DNA of 64,000 nucleotides from an uncultured Candidatus Saccharibacteria bacterium (GCA_965240135.1 CBDEJQ010000029.1:1592-65591), one strand, 5' to 3'. Shown: positions 1 to 9,785, numbered from the stretch's first letter. The notes: generated from the sequence alone by a model not told the origin. Made by a program: numbers and translations.

Positions 1-710
1 TGTGTTGGCGCAACTTTTTCTGCCAATTCGCGCTGCAAGGCAATTGCTGGCTGCATCATCTGGTGAGCCCACGCCATAGCATCAACAATAACATCTTCCG
101 AAACTTCTTTAGCACCAGCCTCGACCATTGTTATACCGCTTTCAATACCAGCCACAACCAAATCAAGATCCGACTTTTCGCGCTCTTCCGGAGTCAAGAA
201 CGCCTTAAATTCGCCATTGACTCGACCCACGCGCAAACCAGCCACTGGACCATCAAACGGCGTACCAGTTAACATTAACGCACTAGACGCAGCAATCATC
301 GCAATCACATCTGGACGGAAACTCGGATCCATACTCAAAACAGTCGCGACGACTTGAATTTCCTGTCGATAACCTTTCGGGAAAAGCGGACGAATCGGAC
401 GATCAATCAATCGACCAATCAGCACAGCTTCATCGCTTGGGCGACCTTCGCGCTTAATAAATCGGCTGCCAGAAATCTTACCTGCTGCATAAAATTTTTC
501 TTCATAATCAATCGACAATGGAAAATAGTCCAATTGTACTGGACGCGGACTAACCTGAGCGCTACCCAAAACTACAGTGTCGCCGTAACGCACCAAAACG
601 CTACCAGTCGTCCTAAAACCGACGCGATTCACTTCTAAAGTCAGCGGCCGACCACAAAAATCAGTGGTAACACTAAAAATCTCCTTGCCGCTTGGATTGA
701 TAATACTCAT
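1..710 (-). CDS. pnp: polynucleotide phosphorylase, N-terminal part (gene runs off the window start)
   Basis: My own reverse-strand translation from ATG 710-708 gives MSIINPSGKEIFSVTTDFCGRPLTLEVNRVGFRTTGSVLVRYGDTVVLGSA...DYFPLSIDYEEKFYAAGKISGSRFIKREGRPSDEAVLIGRLIDRPIRPLFPKGY..., which is the first RNase PH domain of PNPase. AAAGGAG lies 6 nt upstream. It is absent from the ORF track because there is no stop in the window. Plus-strand ORFs 63-272 and 354-638 are its shadows. Confidence 0.9.
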   Translation of the reverse strand, partial: MSIINPSGKEIFSVTTDFCGRPLTLEVNRVGFRTTGSVLVRYGDTVVLGSAQVSPRPVQLDYFPLSIDYEEKFYAAGKISGSRFIKREGRPSDEAVLIGRLIDRPIRPLFPKGYRQEIQVVATVLSMDPSFRPDVIAMIAASSALMLTGTPFDGPVAGLRVGRVNGEFKAFLTPEEREKSDLDLVVAGIESGITMVEAGAKEVSEDVIVDAMAWAHQMMQPAIALQRELAEKVAPT

Positions 711-876
711 AAAGAGCTCCTTTCTTGCGGTAGTAACAGGGATGAAATTACTTGGCAATTTAGTCGTCTCATCTCTATCACTTCCGCGTTACAAATTGCT
801 CCTTATATTATACTAAAACCTCAGCCCAAACGCCAGCCGCGAGCGCGCTTAACATAACCTTATTAACAGATGGGTA

Positions 877-885
877 TGCTATAAT
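877..885 (+). promoter_or_regulatory. extended -10 element TGCTATAAT, exactly 6 nt before the sortase ATG (leaderless-type)
   Basis: Read directly from the sequence. No Shine-Dalgarno fits in the 6-nt gap before ATG 892. Confidence 0.5.
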
Positions 886-891
886 TTATTC

Positions 892-1500
892 ATGTCACTT
901 CAGCTAGATTCAGTAAAAAATCGCCAGAAAAGTTGGAAAAGCTATATCTTAACTATAATCGCAATCTTAATGATTCTTGGCGGAGTTTATTTGCTTGTTC
1001 TCATCGGCACGCCCCTTATTTTGTCGCAAAACATCAACCCAAAAGACAACCACACCACTCAGCTCATCACTAAAACTGAGAATAAAATTACCGAAAATCG
1101 ACTTTACATACCGAAAATCGATATAAATTTGCCCTACAGTACTGGCGGCGCCGAAACAATGGAACATGGCGCGTGGTGGCGTAAACCAGAAAACGGCAAC
1201 CCAAAAGATGGCGGCAATTTTGTCTTATCTGCACACCGCTTTATTATGGGCCTGACTCCTCAGCAGACGCTCAGAAAATCACCTTTTTATAATATCGACA
1301 AATTGACTGTCGGCGATGAAATTATCATTGACTATAACGGCGTGCGTTACAATTACGTCATCATCGAAAAACAAAGCGTTAAGCCAGACGCCGTGGAAAT
1401 CGAACAGCGCACAGATCAGCCGCAATTAACTCTTTATTCCTGCACTTTGGGCGGCGCAAACGACGGACGAGATGTGATTATCGCCAAATTGAAAAAATAG
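892..1500 (+). CDS. sortase family transpeptidase
   Basis: 202 aa. It has an N-terminal TM anchor (ILTIIAILMILGGVYLLVLIG), a catalytic His context LSAHRF, a TLxTC-type Cys motif LTLYSCT, and a downstream Arg (GRDVII). Confidence 0.85.
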   Translation: MSLQLDSVKNRQKSWKSYILTIIAILMILGGVYLLVLIGTPLILSQNINPKDNHTTQLITKTENKITENRLYIPKIDINLPYSTGGAETMEHGAWWRKPENGNPKDGGNFVLSAHRFIMGLTPQQTLRKSPFYNIDKLTVGDEIIIDYNGVRYNYVIIEKQSVKPDAVEIEQRTDQPQLTLYSCTLGGANDGRDVIIAKLKK

Positions 1501-1512
1501 CCAGAACAACAA

Positions 1513-1539
1513 AAATCCCCTTTTCGTCAAAGGGGATTT
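1513..1539. terminator. bidirectional intrinsic terminator between sortase (+) and rpsO (-)
   Basis: Perfect 11-bp stem AAATCCCCTTT / AAAGGGGATTT with loop TCGTC. A/T runs flank both sides. Confidence 0.7.
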
Positions 1540-1558
1540 AAGCAGTTTTTAACGTAAA

Positions 1559-1825
1559 TTATTTACGCAAACCTAATTTGGCAACAACTGCTTTGTAAGA
1601 CTCAAAATCAGTTCGCTCCAAATATTTCAGCAAACGCTTGCGCTTACCAACCATTTGGATCAAGCCGCGACGAGCCATGAAGTCGTGCTTATTCGCCTTC
1701 AAATGCTCTGTGACTTCTTTGATACGAGCCGTCAAAACTGACACCTGAGCTTGTGGGCTACCGACGTCGTTTTTATTGACCTGAGTCAAAGCAATTGCTT
1801 TCGCTTTATTCTCTTTGCTAATCAT
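1559..1825 (-). CDS. rpsO: 30S ribosomal protein S15
   Basis: 88 aa. It contains GSPQAQVSVLTARIKEVTEHLKANKHDFMARRGLIQMVGKRKRLLKYL, typical of S15. TTGCAA-N14-TGGTATAAT lies 9 nt upstream of the ATG. Confidence 0.95.
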   Translation of the reverse strand: MISKENKAKAIALTQVNKNDVGSPQAQVSVLTARIKEVTEHLKANKHDFMARRGLIQMVGKRKRLLKYLERTDFESYKAVVAKLGLRK

Positions 1826-1863
1826 AGCTCTGTAATTATACCAAGCTTCTCTGTTTTTTGCAA

Positions 1864-2520
1864 TTAGCTAGTAATTCCAAAGTCCGCCAGAGTCTTTGCC
1901 TCGTCGATGGAATAGTCGGCTATTTTTGTTCGACGCAAATTCTCACAATACGCACCCGTCCCTAATCTATCGCCAATATCCACCGCCAACGTTCGGATAT
2001 AAGTTCCGCTTGAAACGTGAGTTCTGATCTTTAATTTGGGATATTCGTATGCCAATAGCTCCAATGAGTAAATTTCTATTACGCGCTTAGGGATTTTAAC
2101 TTGTTTGCCTTCGCGCGCCAATCTATACGCTCTTTCACCGTTAATTTTTATTGCGCTAAAAATCGGCGGCGTCTGCTCAATTTTTCCCACAAATTGACTA
2201 ATCACCCGCTGAACTTCTTCCAAGCTTGGCTCACAATCAGAAACATCAGTAATTTCGCCTTCTGGGTCGCCCGTAGAGCTATTCTTGCCCAGAATAATTT
2301 CCGCCTCGTACCACTTATCTAACTTAGTGAAAGTTTCAGCTTCGCGGCATTTCTTTCCAGTCACAATAATCATTAGCCCCGTAGCGAACGGATCAAGCGT
2401 ACCCGTGTGGCCAACCTTTACCTTCTTTCCTACCTGATTAGATAAAACTCGTCGCAAGCGCGCCACCACCCCAAAGCTAGTCATTCCCTGAGGTTTGTCT
2501 ATGAGAATCACTTCGTCCAT
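1864..2520 (-). CDS. truB: tRNA pseudouridine(55) synthase
   Basis: GHTGTLDPFATGLMII catalytic Asp motif. The ORF-track start at 2523 is a TTG; the adjacent ATG at 2520 is the more likely start. Confidence 0.9.
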   Translation of the reverse strand: MDEVILIDKPQGMTSFGVVARLRRVLSNQVGKKVKVGHTGTLDPFATGLMIIVTGKKCREAETFTKLDKWYEAEIILGKNSSTGDPEGEITDVSDCEPSLEEVQRVISQFVGKIEQTPPIFSAIKINGERAYRLAREGKQVKIPKRVIEIYSLELLAYEYPKLKIRTHVSSGTYIRTLAVDIGDRLGTGAYCENLRRTKIADYSIDEAKTLADFGITS

Positions 2521-2523
2521 CAA

Positions 2524-4218
2524 CTATTGTCCTGGGATGTGGAATTGCGCTGGATTGAAATCTGCATTTTGAGCTGGCTGAGTTGGCATCGCGGTGATCG
2601 GCGCAGGCGCTGGAGCTTGCGGAGCGGCTACTGGCTCAGGAGCCACCCCTAGCGGTGCAATCTGTGGCAATCCATTTACATCAACACCTGTAGGCGCTGG
2701 CGGCATTGGTGGCAAAGCGCCGAAATCTGGCATTGCTGGCGGCATTGGTAAATCGAAACTTGGAATGCTATTTTCAGGATTTGTTATTGCTGGCTCAATT
2801 GGCGCAATCGGCTGACTCGGAGCTGGCACCACTGGATTATTCAATTGATTTGTGTCGTTGGTAATTGCCGAAATAATCGACTCTTCAGATTGCGGCGCAA
2901 CAGGTATCGTCGACAATTTTTGCTCAGCGGCATTAGTTGTCGCGAACGGATCAATCTTTGGTGGTTCATCAGACGCGCCCATCGCCGCATTTAACGGAGT
3001 ATCGCCAAACGACGGCGTATTATCACCCACATATTTACCGTGCGTTAAGATGGTTTTATTTTGATCGCTAGCCAATTCCCTAATCTTATCCTCGGCGGCC
3101 TGTGTAGTCGTTGCGTTCAGAGTGCCACCCATCAGCGGAGTTTCCTCAAAAGAAAGTTCGCCCTTTGAAACTATCTTTTCACTCGGCTTTTCTTCCTCGG
3201 CTTGTGGTTCTTCCTTTATCGGCTCAATTTTAGCCAATTTCTCTTCGGCAATCCTAGCAGACTCTTCTTGCTTTTCCTTCGCTGTTTGTTCAGCTACTTC
3301 ATCAACATCGCCCTTCTTTTCGTGACTAATCGACAAAGTTCCGTCCGCGTGTACGGTTTCCTCGTCTTTCTCTACTTCTTCAGTTTTATCCTCTGAAGTT
3401 TCTTCTTTTTCTGGAGATTTTTCTTCGATCTTTTCAATCTTCTGTGGCTCGTCCTCTACTTCACTCTCTGCAATCTTTGAAACCACCAATTGCTGATTTG
3501 CGCCAGCTGCCATAAGTTCTGCGGCCGTGGTCATAACCTTTGATGATGTATTTCCATTGCTAAACCTCTCAGTTACCGCCACAATTCCCGTAAGCAAAGC
3601 CGTCGCCATCTGTTCGTCCAGAGTTACTTTTGGCGTTTTCAGATCATCAAGCAATTCCACAACCATTTCACTCACACCGCTAGCATTAGATTCGTGCCAA
3701 TCAACAGAACCCAGACCACTCTTTACGTCGCCCGCTGTTATAGCCACAACCGTAGCATCGTGTAAAATCTTACCGTGCGCAGTCAAAGCCGTATCAATAC
3801 TTTCACTATTTTCAACATTTAGCGCCAAAACTAGCTCAACGTTATAATCACCCTGTGAAAATTCCAAGTCTTTATCGGTAATTGTCGTACGATATGGCGT
3901 AATAAAAATCTTCACCGCGTCATCAACAACTTTATAGCGCAAATGGTCAGCCTTTTCTTTATCCAAGGCAATAATAAAATCACGTAAAGAATCTGCAGTC
4001 TGCTCAAACGTTTTATCAGGATTCAAGAACGTAATTGCTGGCGGAATGTCGCCACTAAACACAGCCGTAGCGTGCTTCCCTAGCTTATTGAGGAAAATCG
4101 TCAATCCCAATGCTGCCGACAATTCGTCGACCGACGGGCTAGAACTCACCGTCACTAAAATATTAGTTACATCCTTGATGCTCTGGATTACTTTTTGCTT
4201 TGCTGATCCGTTTGACAT
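2524..4218 (-). CDS. DHH-fold (NrnA-like) protein with degenerate catalytic motifs and a long Glu/Lys- and Pro-rich C-terminal region
   Basis: The N-terminal ~240 aa align by eye to the DHH/DHHA1 layout (ILVTVSSSPSVDELSAALGL..., LLTGIVAVTERF). However, the His/Asp of motif I, the Asp of motif II and the DHH triplet (here ITAGD) are replaced. About 320 aa of low complexity follow (EEKSPEKEETSEDKTEEVEKDEE..., PPMPPAPTG...). The gene sits immediately upstream of truB. Confidence 0.6.
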   Translation of the reverse strand: MSNGSAKQKVIQSIKDVTNILVTVSSSPSVDELSAALGLTIFLNKLGKHATAVFSGDIPPAITFLNPDKTFEQTADSLRDFIIALDKEKADHLRYKVVDDAVKIFITPYRTTITDKDLEFSQGDYNVELVLALNVENSESIDTALTAHGKILHDATVVAITAGDVKSGLGSVDWHESNASGVSEMVVELLDDLKTPKVTLDEQMATALLTGIVAVTERFSNGNTSSKVMTTAAELMAAGANQQLVVSKIAESEVEDEPQKIEKIEEKSPEKEETSEDKTEEVEKDEETVHADGTLSISHEKKGDVDEVAEQTAKEKQEESARIAEEKLAKIEPIKEEPQAEEEKPSEKIVSKGELSFEETPLMGGTLNATTTQAAEDKIRELASDQNKTILTHGKYVGDNTPSFGDTPLNAAMGASDEPPKIDPFATTNAAEQKLSTIPVAPQSEESIISAITNDTNQLNNPVVPAPSQPIAPIEPAITNPENSIPSFDLPMPPAMPDFGALPPMPPAPTGVDVNGLPQIAPLGVAPEPVAAPQAPAPAPITAMPTQPAQNADFNPAQFHIPGQ

Positions 4219-4377
4219 GATTTTTCCTATGTTTGTTTTTTGTAATTACGCTTGGCATCACTATACCATAAGCAGTACCATAAAGTCAATATCTAAGCCA
4301 CCTCTTTACAATTTATGCTATTTTCTGTATAATTCTTCCTGATTAGCGATACAAATCTATAGAGGTAAAGGAGAAAC

Positions 4378-4728
4378 ATGCCAATCATCAAATCCGCCAT
4401 CAAGCGTGCTAAACAAACCCTAAAGCGCCGCGAGCGAAACATCAGCATTAAAAAAGACATCAAGACTGCTGTTAAAGCTTTCTCTGCAGAACCAAGCGCA
4501 AAGACTCTTGCTGCAGCACAAAGCGAAATTGACACCGCTGTTAAAAAAGGCTTGATTAAGAAAAATACCGCTGCTCGCCGAAAGAGCGCATTGAGCAAAA
4601 TTGCTAAAAAAGCAGGTGTTACATTAGAAGCTGCTAAAAAACCGGCCGCAAAGCCAGCAACAGCTAAGAAAACTGCTACTAAAAAAGCCCCAGCAAAGAA
4701 GCCAGCTGCTAAGAAAGCTGAAAAATAA
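4378..4728 (+). CDS. rpsT: 30S ribosomal protein S20 with Lys/Ala-rich C-terminal tail
   Basis: MPIIKSAIKRAKQTLKRRERNISIKKDIKTAVKAF is the classic S20 N-terminus. AAAGGAG SD is present. The tail reads AAKKPAAKPATAKKTATKKAPAKKPAAKKAEK. Confidence 0.93.
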   Translation: MPIIKSAIKRAKQTLKRRERNISIKKDIKTAVKAFSAEPSAKTLAAAQSEIDTAVKKGLIKKNTAARRKSALSKIAKKAGVTLEAAKKPAAKPATAKKTATKKAPAKKPAAKKAEK

Positions 4729-4745
4729 TCCATAAAGATTACTAG

Positions 4746-4778
4746 AAAATACCCCGGAATTAACTGGGGTATTTTTAT
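4746..4778. terminator. intrinsic terminator after rpsT, overlapping the holA stop
   Basis: Stem ATACCCC / GGGGTAT, extended by A/T pairs, followed by TTTTT. Confidence 0.55.
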
Positions 4779-5677
4779 TTTCCAATTCCAACCAGCGCCG
4801 TCTCCACGAGCAACCACGGATTTACAGAAGTTGTTTTCATTTGCAAGTCCGCCCGAAGTAGTGCCTCATTTATCCTTTTCAGTTTTTCCTTATCAACACC
4901 TTTTGCCGAAGACGCCAATTTTCGTAAAACATACGGATTAGCCGAAAAATCTGAAGCCACCGACTTACTATCACCGTCAGCTAAAACCAACGCCGTCAAG
5001 TTAGTTGTCTGCGAGGCAAGCAATCCCATTGTCTGGTAAGCGCCATCAACGCCACTTTCCGACTCCAAATAGCTAATTATATCGTGAACCTTATCATAAT
5101 CACCCGCCAGCGCCGAAACAAACAAATCAAACACATTCTCCGTCCTCGCCAGAGGTATGAAGTTGTCAATTAAATCATCCGTCACTTTTTCCGCCAGCGC
5201 CAATTGATCCAAAAAGTTACTCAGTCGCAACTGATCAAATCCCAAACGATCGACAATTATCTCTGCTTGACGATTCGTTAATTCACACTCGCGAACCTTC
5301 GCCTCCGCCACGCACCACTTTAAAAGCTGTGGTTTTTGACGATCACTAAGTGGTGAAAACTCCTGAACTTTGGCATTTTTCTGCAGCCACTTATACGTTT
5401 TTGTTCGCTTATCAATTTTATCTTCCACCAAAATAATCGTCCTGCCATCATCAAACTTCACATCTGGAAGCTGCGACCAAATCTCAGAATTTTCGCTCAA
5501 TTTTGAAATCAAATACACCGACGAGTTCATAAACAGCGTCTGCCCAATTGCTATTTTCTGCATTCCAACCAGCGTCAACTCTTCGCCATTATGTCGCGCC
5601 GCTTTTTCGTTGCCGATCAGCTTAGCAATTGCCCGCCGTTTCTCGAATTCATTTTCGCCGTAAAAAAGGTAAATCAC
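4775..5677 (-). CDS. holA: DNA polymerase III subunit delta
   Basis: IYLFYGENEFEKRRAI N-terminus and a length typical of HolA. The ORF-track start at 5704 is a TTG. GTG at 5677 is preceded by GGAGG-N4 and forms a GTGA overlap with the mutM stop. Confidence 0.7.
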   Translation of the reverse strand: MIYLFYGENEFEKRRAIAKLIGNEKAARHNGEELTLVGMQKIAIGQTLFMNSSVYLISKLSENSEIWSQLPDVKFDDGRTIILVEDKIDKRTKTYKWLQKNAKVQEFSPLSDRQKPQLLKWCVAEAKVRECELTNRQAEIIVDRLGFDQLRLSNFLDQLALAEKVTDDLIDNFIPLARTENVFDLFVSALAGDYDKVHDIISYLESESGVDGAYQTMGLLASQTTNLTALVLADGDSKSVASDFSANPYVLRKLASSAKGVDKEKLKRINEALLRADLQMKTTSVNPWLLVETALVGIGK

Positions 5678-6552
5678 TTCGCCTCCACTTGGCAAACTGG
5701 ACAAATATGCGTACCGCGTCCAGAAACTTTCATCTTTACAATCTCTTGATCAGGATGTCGATGGCACGGCTGACCTTCCCGGCGAAATACATGCGCAAAC
5801 GACAGATAATTGCCTTTTCTGCCTTCAGCGTCAACATAATTTTTATCCGTCGAGCCGCCCTGATCAATACTCAATTGCAAAATCTGACGCAGTTCGTTAA
5901 ACAAATTTTCCAATTGGTCATCACTAACATTCCTAACGCGCGTCTGAGGGTGAATTTTTGCAGCCCACAGAGCTTCATCGGCGTAAATATTGCCAACCCC
6001 TGCAATTACCGACTGATCAAGAAACGCCGGCTTTATCATCGAATTTTGCCGACGACGAATTCTCTTAATAAAATCCATCGCCTCAGTTTTTTTATCGAGC
6101 GGTTCCGGACCAACTTTCTGCATAAATGGCAAATTTTCTATCTCATCGGTCGGCATCAATTTCATCCAGCCGAACTTACGCTGATCATTGAAAAATAAGT
6201 GCGAACCATCCGTAAAATCAATTTGTACGCGTGTCGATCTATCTGGCAATTCACCAATCAAACTATCGTTCGGATGACCACCAGCAAAACTATTAGCCCC
6301 ACGAAAAATTAATTGCCCAGTCATCTTAAGATGTATCACCAGCGAATAACGCGTATCAAGATCAATCATCAGCACTTTTGCGCGACGTCGCACCGCCGTT
6401 ACATGCGCACCATATAAAAATTGCTGAACGTCAATTGGCGAATTCGGAAAGCTTTTTGGCGAATCAAATACCGTAGCTCGTACAACAGCCTGACCTGGTA
6501 ATAAATCCGCCAAACCGCGACGAACTGTCTCAACTTCGGGTAGCTCGGGCAT
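5674..6552 (-). CDS. mutM: formamidopyrimidine-DNA glycosylase
   Basis: MPELPEVETVRRGL N-terminus with catalytic Pro2/Glu3. A C-terminal zinc finger is present (CHRHPDQ...CPVC). Confidence 0.92.
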   Translation of the reverse strand: MPELPEVETVRRGLADLLPGQAVVRATVFDSPKSFPNSPIDVQQFLYGAHVTAVRRRAKVLMIDLDTRYSLVIHLKMTGQLIFRGANSFAGGHPNDSLIGELPDRSTRVQIDFTDGSHLFFNDQRKFGWMKLMPTDEIENLPFMQKVGPEPLDKKTEAMDFIKRIRRRQNSMIKPAFLDQSVIAGVGNIYADEALWAAKIHPQTRVRNVSDDQLENLFNELRQILQLSIDQGGSTDKNYVDAEGRKGNYLSFAHVFRREGQPCHRHPDQEIVKMKVSGRGTHICPVCQVEAK

Positions 6553-6562
6553 TCGGCGAGTC

Positions 6563-7210
6563 CTACAGCTTAAACAAAGCTTCTTCTTGACTTAGGCCAA
6601 TTCCAGCCGCCATTTTCTTACCGTCAGGAATTTGCTTCAAAAACATATCCAAAATCTCGTTTACATTAGCTTGTGCTGAGCCCTTAGAGCCGCTACAATC
6701 CGACGTCCACAAACTCTTCACAACGGAATTATCCTTCAAAGTTTCGAATTTGTAAATTTTACCGCTAGCACAAATCCCGCGCAAATCGTTTTGCTGCTCA
6801 GTCAGCGGCGTACCTTCCATCATTTTTCGCTTATCGAGCGCATAAACCAGCTCCGTATAAGCCTTGCTGTTATTGTCCAATTTTTTCTCTGCAATCGGCT
6901 TATCTAAATATCCCTCGTACGTCGTCATTTCGCGAGATTCTGGCGAAATAGTGATGCTATATGAGCGGAAATTCTCATTCGCTACAATTGGTCCGCGTAC
7001 TGTCAATCGAACCGCGCTTCCCGCGTCCGTCGACAACAAAGCAACTTGCCCTACGTTAACATTCTGATCCGTTGTTTGACCTGAATCGTTTTTGCCAAAT
7101 AATGCTCGACCAATCGCAATAACCGCTGCTACCGCCACAACCGTGATAACAATAACCAGCAAAATTGGTACAAATCGAGAAAATGAATTTCGTCGTTGAG
7201 TGTATTTCAT
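6563..7210 (-). CDS. hypothetical membrane-anchored protein
   Basis: 215 aa with a single N-terminal TM (FVPILLVIVITVVAVAAVIAIG). No recognisable family. Confidence 0.6.
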   Translation of the reverse strand: MKYTQRRNSFSRFVPILLVIVITVVAVAAVIAIGRALFGKNDSGQTTDQNVNVGQVALLSTDAGSAVRLTVRGPIVANENFRSYSITISPESREMTTYEGYLDKPIAEKKLDNNSKAYTELVYALDKRKMMEGTPLTEQQNDLRGICASGKIYKFETLKDNSVVKSLWTSDCSGSKGSAQANVNEILDMFLKQIPDGKKMAAGIGLSQEEALFKL

Positions 7211-7216
7211 GGCATA

Positions 7217-7225
7217 ATTATACCA
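7217..7225 (-). promoter_or_regulatory. extended -10 TGGTATAAT (minus-strand sense), 6 nt before ATG 7210
   Basis: Reverse complement of ATTATACCA. It lies in the short gap between the polA stop (7232) and the 7210 start. No SD is present. Confidence 0.45.
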
Positions 7226-7231
7226 TATTTT

Positions 7232-9769
7232 CTATACTTCACCCCAATTTACGCCCGTACCGACATCTACTTTCAATTTAATCGGCAATTCCGGACAAAC
7301 GCCTTCCATTTCCGCTTTCATAATCTCGCTGACTTTCTGGACGTCTTCAGGTTTGCATTCCACCAAAATCGAATCATGAACCTGTAAAATCGCGTCAGCC
7401 AAACCTGACAATTTATCCTCCAGCCGAATCATCGCCAATTTCATCAAATCCGCTTCCGTGCCTTGAATTGGCATATTCATCGCAGCTCTTTCCGCCGAAG
7501 ACCGAACCATAAAATTGCTCGATTTTACATCAGGCGTTGGTCGTCGCCTGCCGAAATACGTTTCAACAAATCCCTGTTCTCGCGCTTGAGTTAGAATTTT
7601 ATCCAAGTACTGACGAATCGGCTTTCGCACCTCAAAATAATGATCAATAAACTTTTTCGCCTCTGTAAATGACATTCCCGTAGCCGCCGCCAAACCGTGC
7701 GGGCTCATTCCGTAAAGTACACCAAAATTGATCACTTTCGCTGCTCGACGCTGAGATTTGCTTACTTCGTCAATCGACATTCCGTATGTTTCCGCCGCCG
7801 TTTTTGCGTGAATATCAACATCGCTATTAAAGTCTTCAATCAACTTCTCGTCACCCGCCAGCACAGCCGCCAGCCTCAATTCAAATTGTGAATAATCCGC
7901 GCCGACAAAAACTTTACCATCACTCGGAACAAACGCCTGGCGAATTTTCCTACCCAGTTCAGTCCGCACCGGAATATTCTGTAAATTCGGATTTGTACTG
8001 CTCAGCCGCCCCGTGCTGGTTACATCCTGATTAAACGTAGTGTGAATTCGCCCATCAGTCGCCATCAATTTTGGTAACGCCTCAATGTACGTGCTGATCA
8101 ATTTGGTCAATTCTCGATATCGCTCAATCAACTCGATAATCGGATGTTGTCCACGTAATTTGTCCAACTCTTTTTGACCTGTTGAATATCCAGTTTTTCC
8201 CTTTTTTATGCCCACGGTTGGTAATTGTAATTTGGTAAACAAAACCTCAGAAAGTTGCGCTGGACTAGACGCGTTAAACTCATATCCAGCCATGGAATAC
8301 ATTTGTTGTTCAAGCTCACGAACTTCCGCCGCCAGCTCATCGCCCATCTGTTTTAATAGCGTGTCGTCCAACTTCATCCCGCGTTTTTCCATCTGGAATA
8401 GCGCCCAAATTACTGGAAAATCAAACTCGTAAGCCACGCGCGCAATTTGCGAATTGTTTGACATGTAAACTTTTTGTTCACGATAAATTTTATGCAAGCG
8501 AGCCAATTGATAAGGCGCGGAATTGTCATCAGAAAAATCACCAGACAGCGCACTCAAACTACGATCGCGCTTCAGCGGATCAATCAAAAACGCCGCCTGT
8601 CCAACATCCCAAACTTCGTGAAAACGTGCCGCCACGCCATGATTATCCAACGCGTGATATAACCGTTTGACATCCGCCGCGATCACAATTCCCTGCGCCA
8701 ATAATTGCCATATAGATTGACTAGTTTCATCAATTTTCGCCGTCCACACTGACTCAGGATTTGAGCTTATGTAAATTACGTCAGGCTCCGACGAATCGAT
8801 ATATATTATATTTTCCGCCTCAAACATCGGCATATCGGGCAATTTTTCAATTCGTGGAATATCCAACTTCGGTTCTTCTTTTTTCTCATTTTCCGCCATT
8901 TGCATTGTTTTTGGCAATCGTCCAATCAGCGAATTAAACTCCAACTTCTGCAGAATTTCCGTTACTCGCGTAAAGTCGCAATCATTAACATCCGCCACAT
9001 CCCAGTCCAATTCAATCGGCGCGTCCGTCCAAATTTCCGCCACTTGCTTGGTCAAATATGCCGACTCACGACCATTTTCCAACTTCGTTCGCAAAGCGCC
9101 TTTTTGCTCGTCCAGATGCTCATAAACTCCGTCCAGAGTTTCATATTCTTGCAATAATTTCACCGCCGTTTTCTCACCAATTCCCGGCACGCCCGGCAAA
9201 TTGTCACTTGAATCACCCTTCAAAGCCTTCAGGTCTAAAAATTGCTCCGTCCGAATTCCGTATTTTTCTTCAAAATGTTCCGCCGTAAATTCCTCGATAT
9301 TCCTTAAACCATTTTTCATGGCGTAAACTTTGGTCATTGGTGATATCAATTGCAATGCGTCCAAATCCGACGTTATCAAGCACGTTTCAATTCCGCGAGA
9401 TTCCGCTTGCCTGGCAAATGCGCCCATAATATCATCCGCCTCGTAATCATCAATTTCATAAAGCGGCCAGCCAAACGCATCAAGCAACTCGTGTAAAATC
9501 GGAATTTGCTGGTAAAAATCATCTGGCGCTGGCTTGCGACCAGCTTTATATTCTGGATATAATTCCCGCCGCTTGCGAATATTCGTGCCTCGTTTATCCC
9601 AAGCTACCGCCACATAATCCGGCTCTAATTTCTTAATTAACTCAATTGCCAAACTTACAAATCCATACACACCACCAGTCGGAGTTCCGTCAGCCATCGA
9701 CAATCCCGGCATGGCATAATAACCTCGGTAAAACACCGACTTTCCATCAATAACCACTAGACGCTTCAT
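7232..9769 (-). CDS. polA: DNA polymerase I
   Basis: 845 aa. It has a 5'-nuclease domain (VIDGKSVFYRGYYA, GDSSDNLPGVPGIGEKTA) and a Pol A domain (RRAAKVINFGVLYG, QVHDSILVE). The central 3'-5' exonuclease region shows no obvious DxE motif. Confidence 0.95.
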   Translation of the reverse strand: MKRLVVIDGKSVFYRGYYAMPGLSMADGTPTGGVYGFVSLAIELIKKLEPDYVAVAWDKRGTNIRKRRELYPEYKAGRKPAPDDFYQQIPILHELLDAFGWPLYEIDDYEADDIMGAFARQAESRGIETCLITSDLDALQLISPMTKVYAMKNGLRNIEEFTAEHFEEKYGIRTEQFLDLKALKGDSSDNLPGVPGIGEKTAVKLLQEYETLDGVYEHLDEQKGALRTKLENGRESAYLTKQVAEIWTDAPIELDWDVADVNDCDFTRVTEILQKLEFNSLIGRLPKTMQMAENEKKEEPKLDIPRIEKLPDMPMFEAENIIYIDSSEPDVIYISSNPESVWTAKIDETSQSIWQLLAQGIVIAADVKRLYHALDNHGVAARFHEVWDVGQAAFLIDPLKRDRSLSALSGDFSDDNSAPYQLARLHKIYREQKVYMSNNSQIARVAYEFDFPVIWALFQMEKRGMKLDDTLLKQMGDELAAEVRELEQQMYSMAGYEFNASSPAQLSEVLFTKLQLPTVGIKKGKTGYSTGQKELDKLRGQHPIIELIERYRELTKLISTYIEALPKLMATDGRIHTTFNQDVTSTGRLSSTNPNLQNIPVRTELGRKIRQAFVPSDGKVFVGADYSQFELRLAAVLAGDEKLIEDFNSDVDIHAKTAAETYGMSIDEVSKSQRRAAKVINFGVLYGMSPHGLAAATGMSFTEAKKFIDHYFEVRKPIRQYLDKILTQAREQGFVETYFGRRRPTPDVKSSNFMVRSSAERAAMNMPIQGTEADLMKLAMIRLEDKLSGLADAILQVHDSILVECKPEDVQKVSEIMKAEMEGVCPELPIKLKVDVGTGVNWGEV

Positions 9770-9775
9770 ACTTCT

Positions 9776-9784
9776 ATTGTAGCA
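9776..9784 (-). promoter_or_regulatory. extended -10 TGCTACAAT (minus-strand sense), 6 nt before the polA ATG 9769
   Basis: Reverse complement of ATTGTAGCA. The gap is AGAAGT and there is no SD. Confidence 0.5.
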
Positions 9785-9785
9785 T

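Noticed and set aside
63-638. Plus-strand ORFs 63-272 and 354-638 from the ORF track.
   Set aside because: They lie antisense to a clear PNPase N-terminal coding region (minus strand, 1-710). Their translations are low-complexity and Arg/Ser/Thr-biased with no motifs, so they are shadow ORFs.
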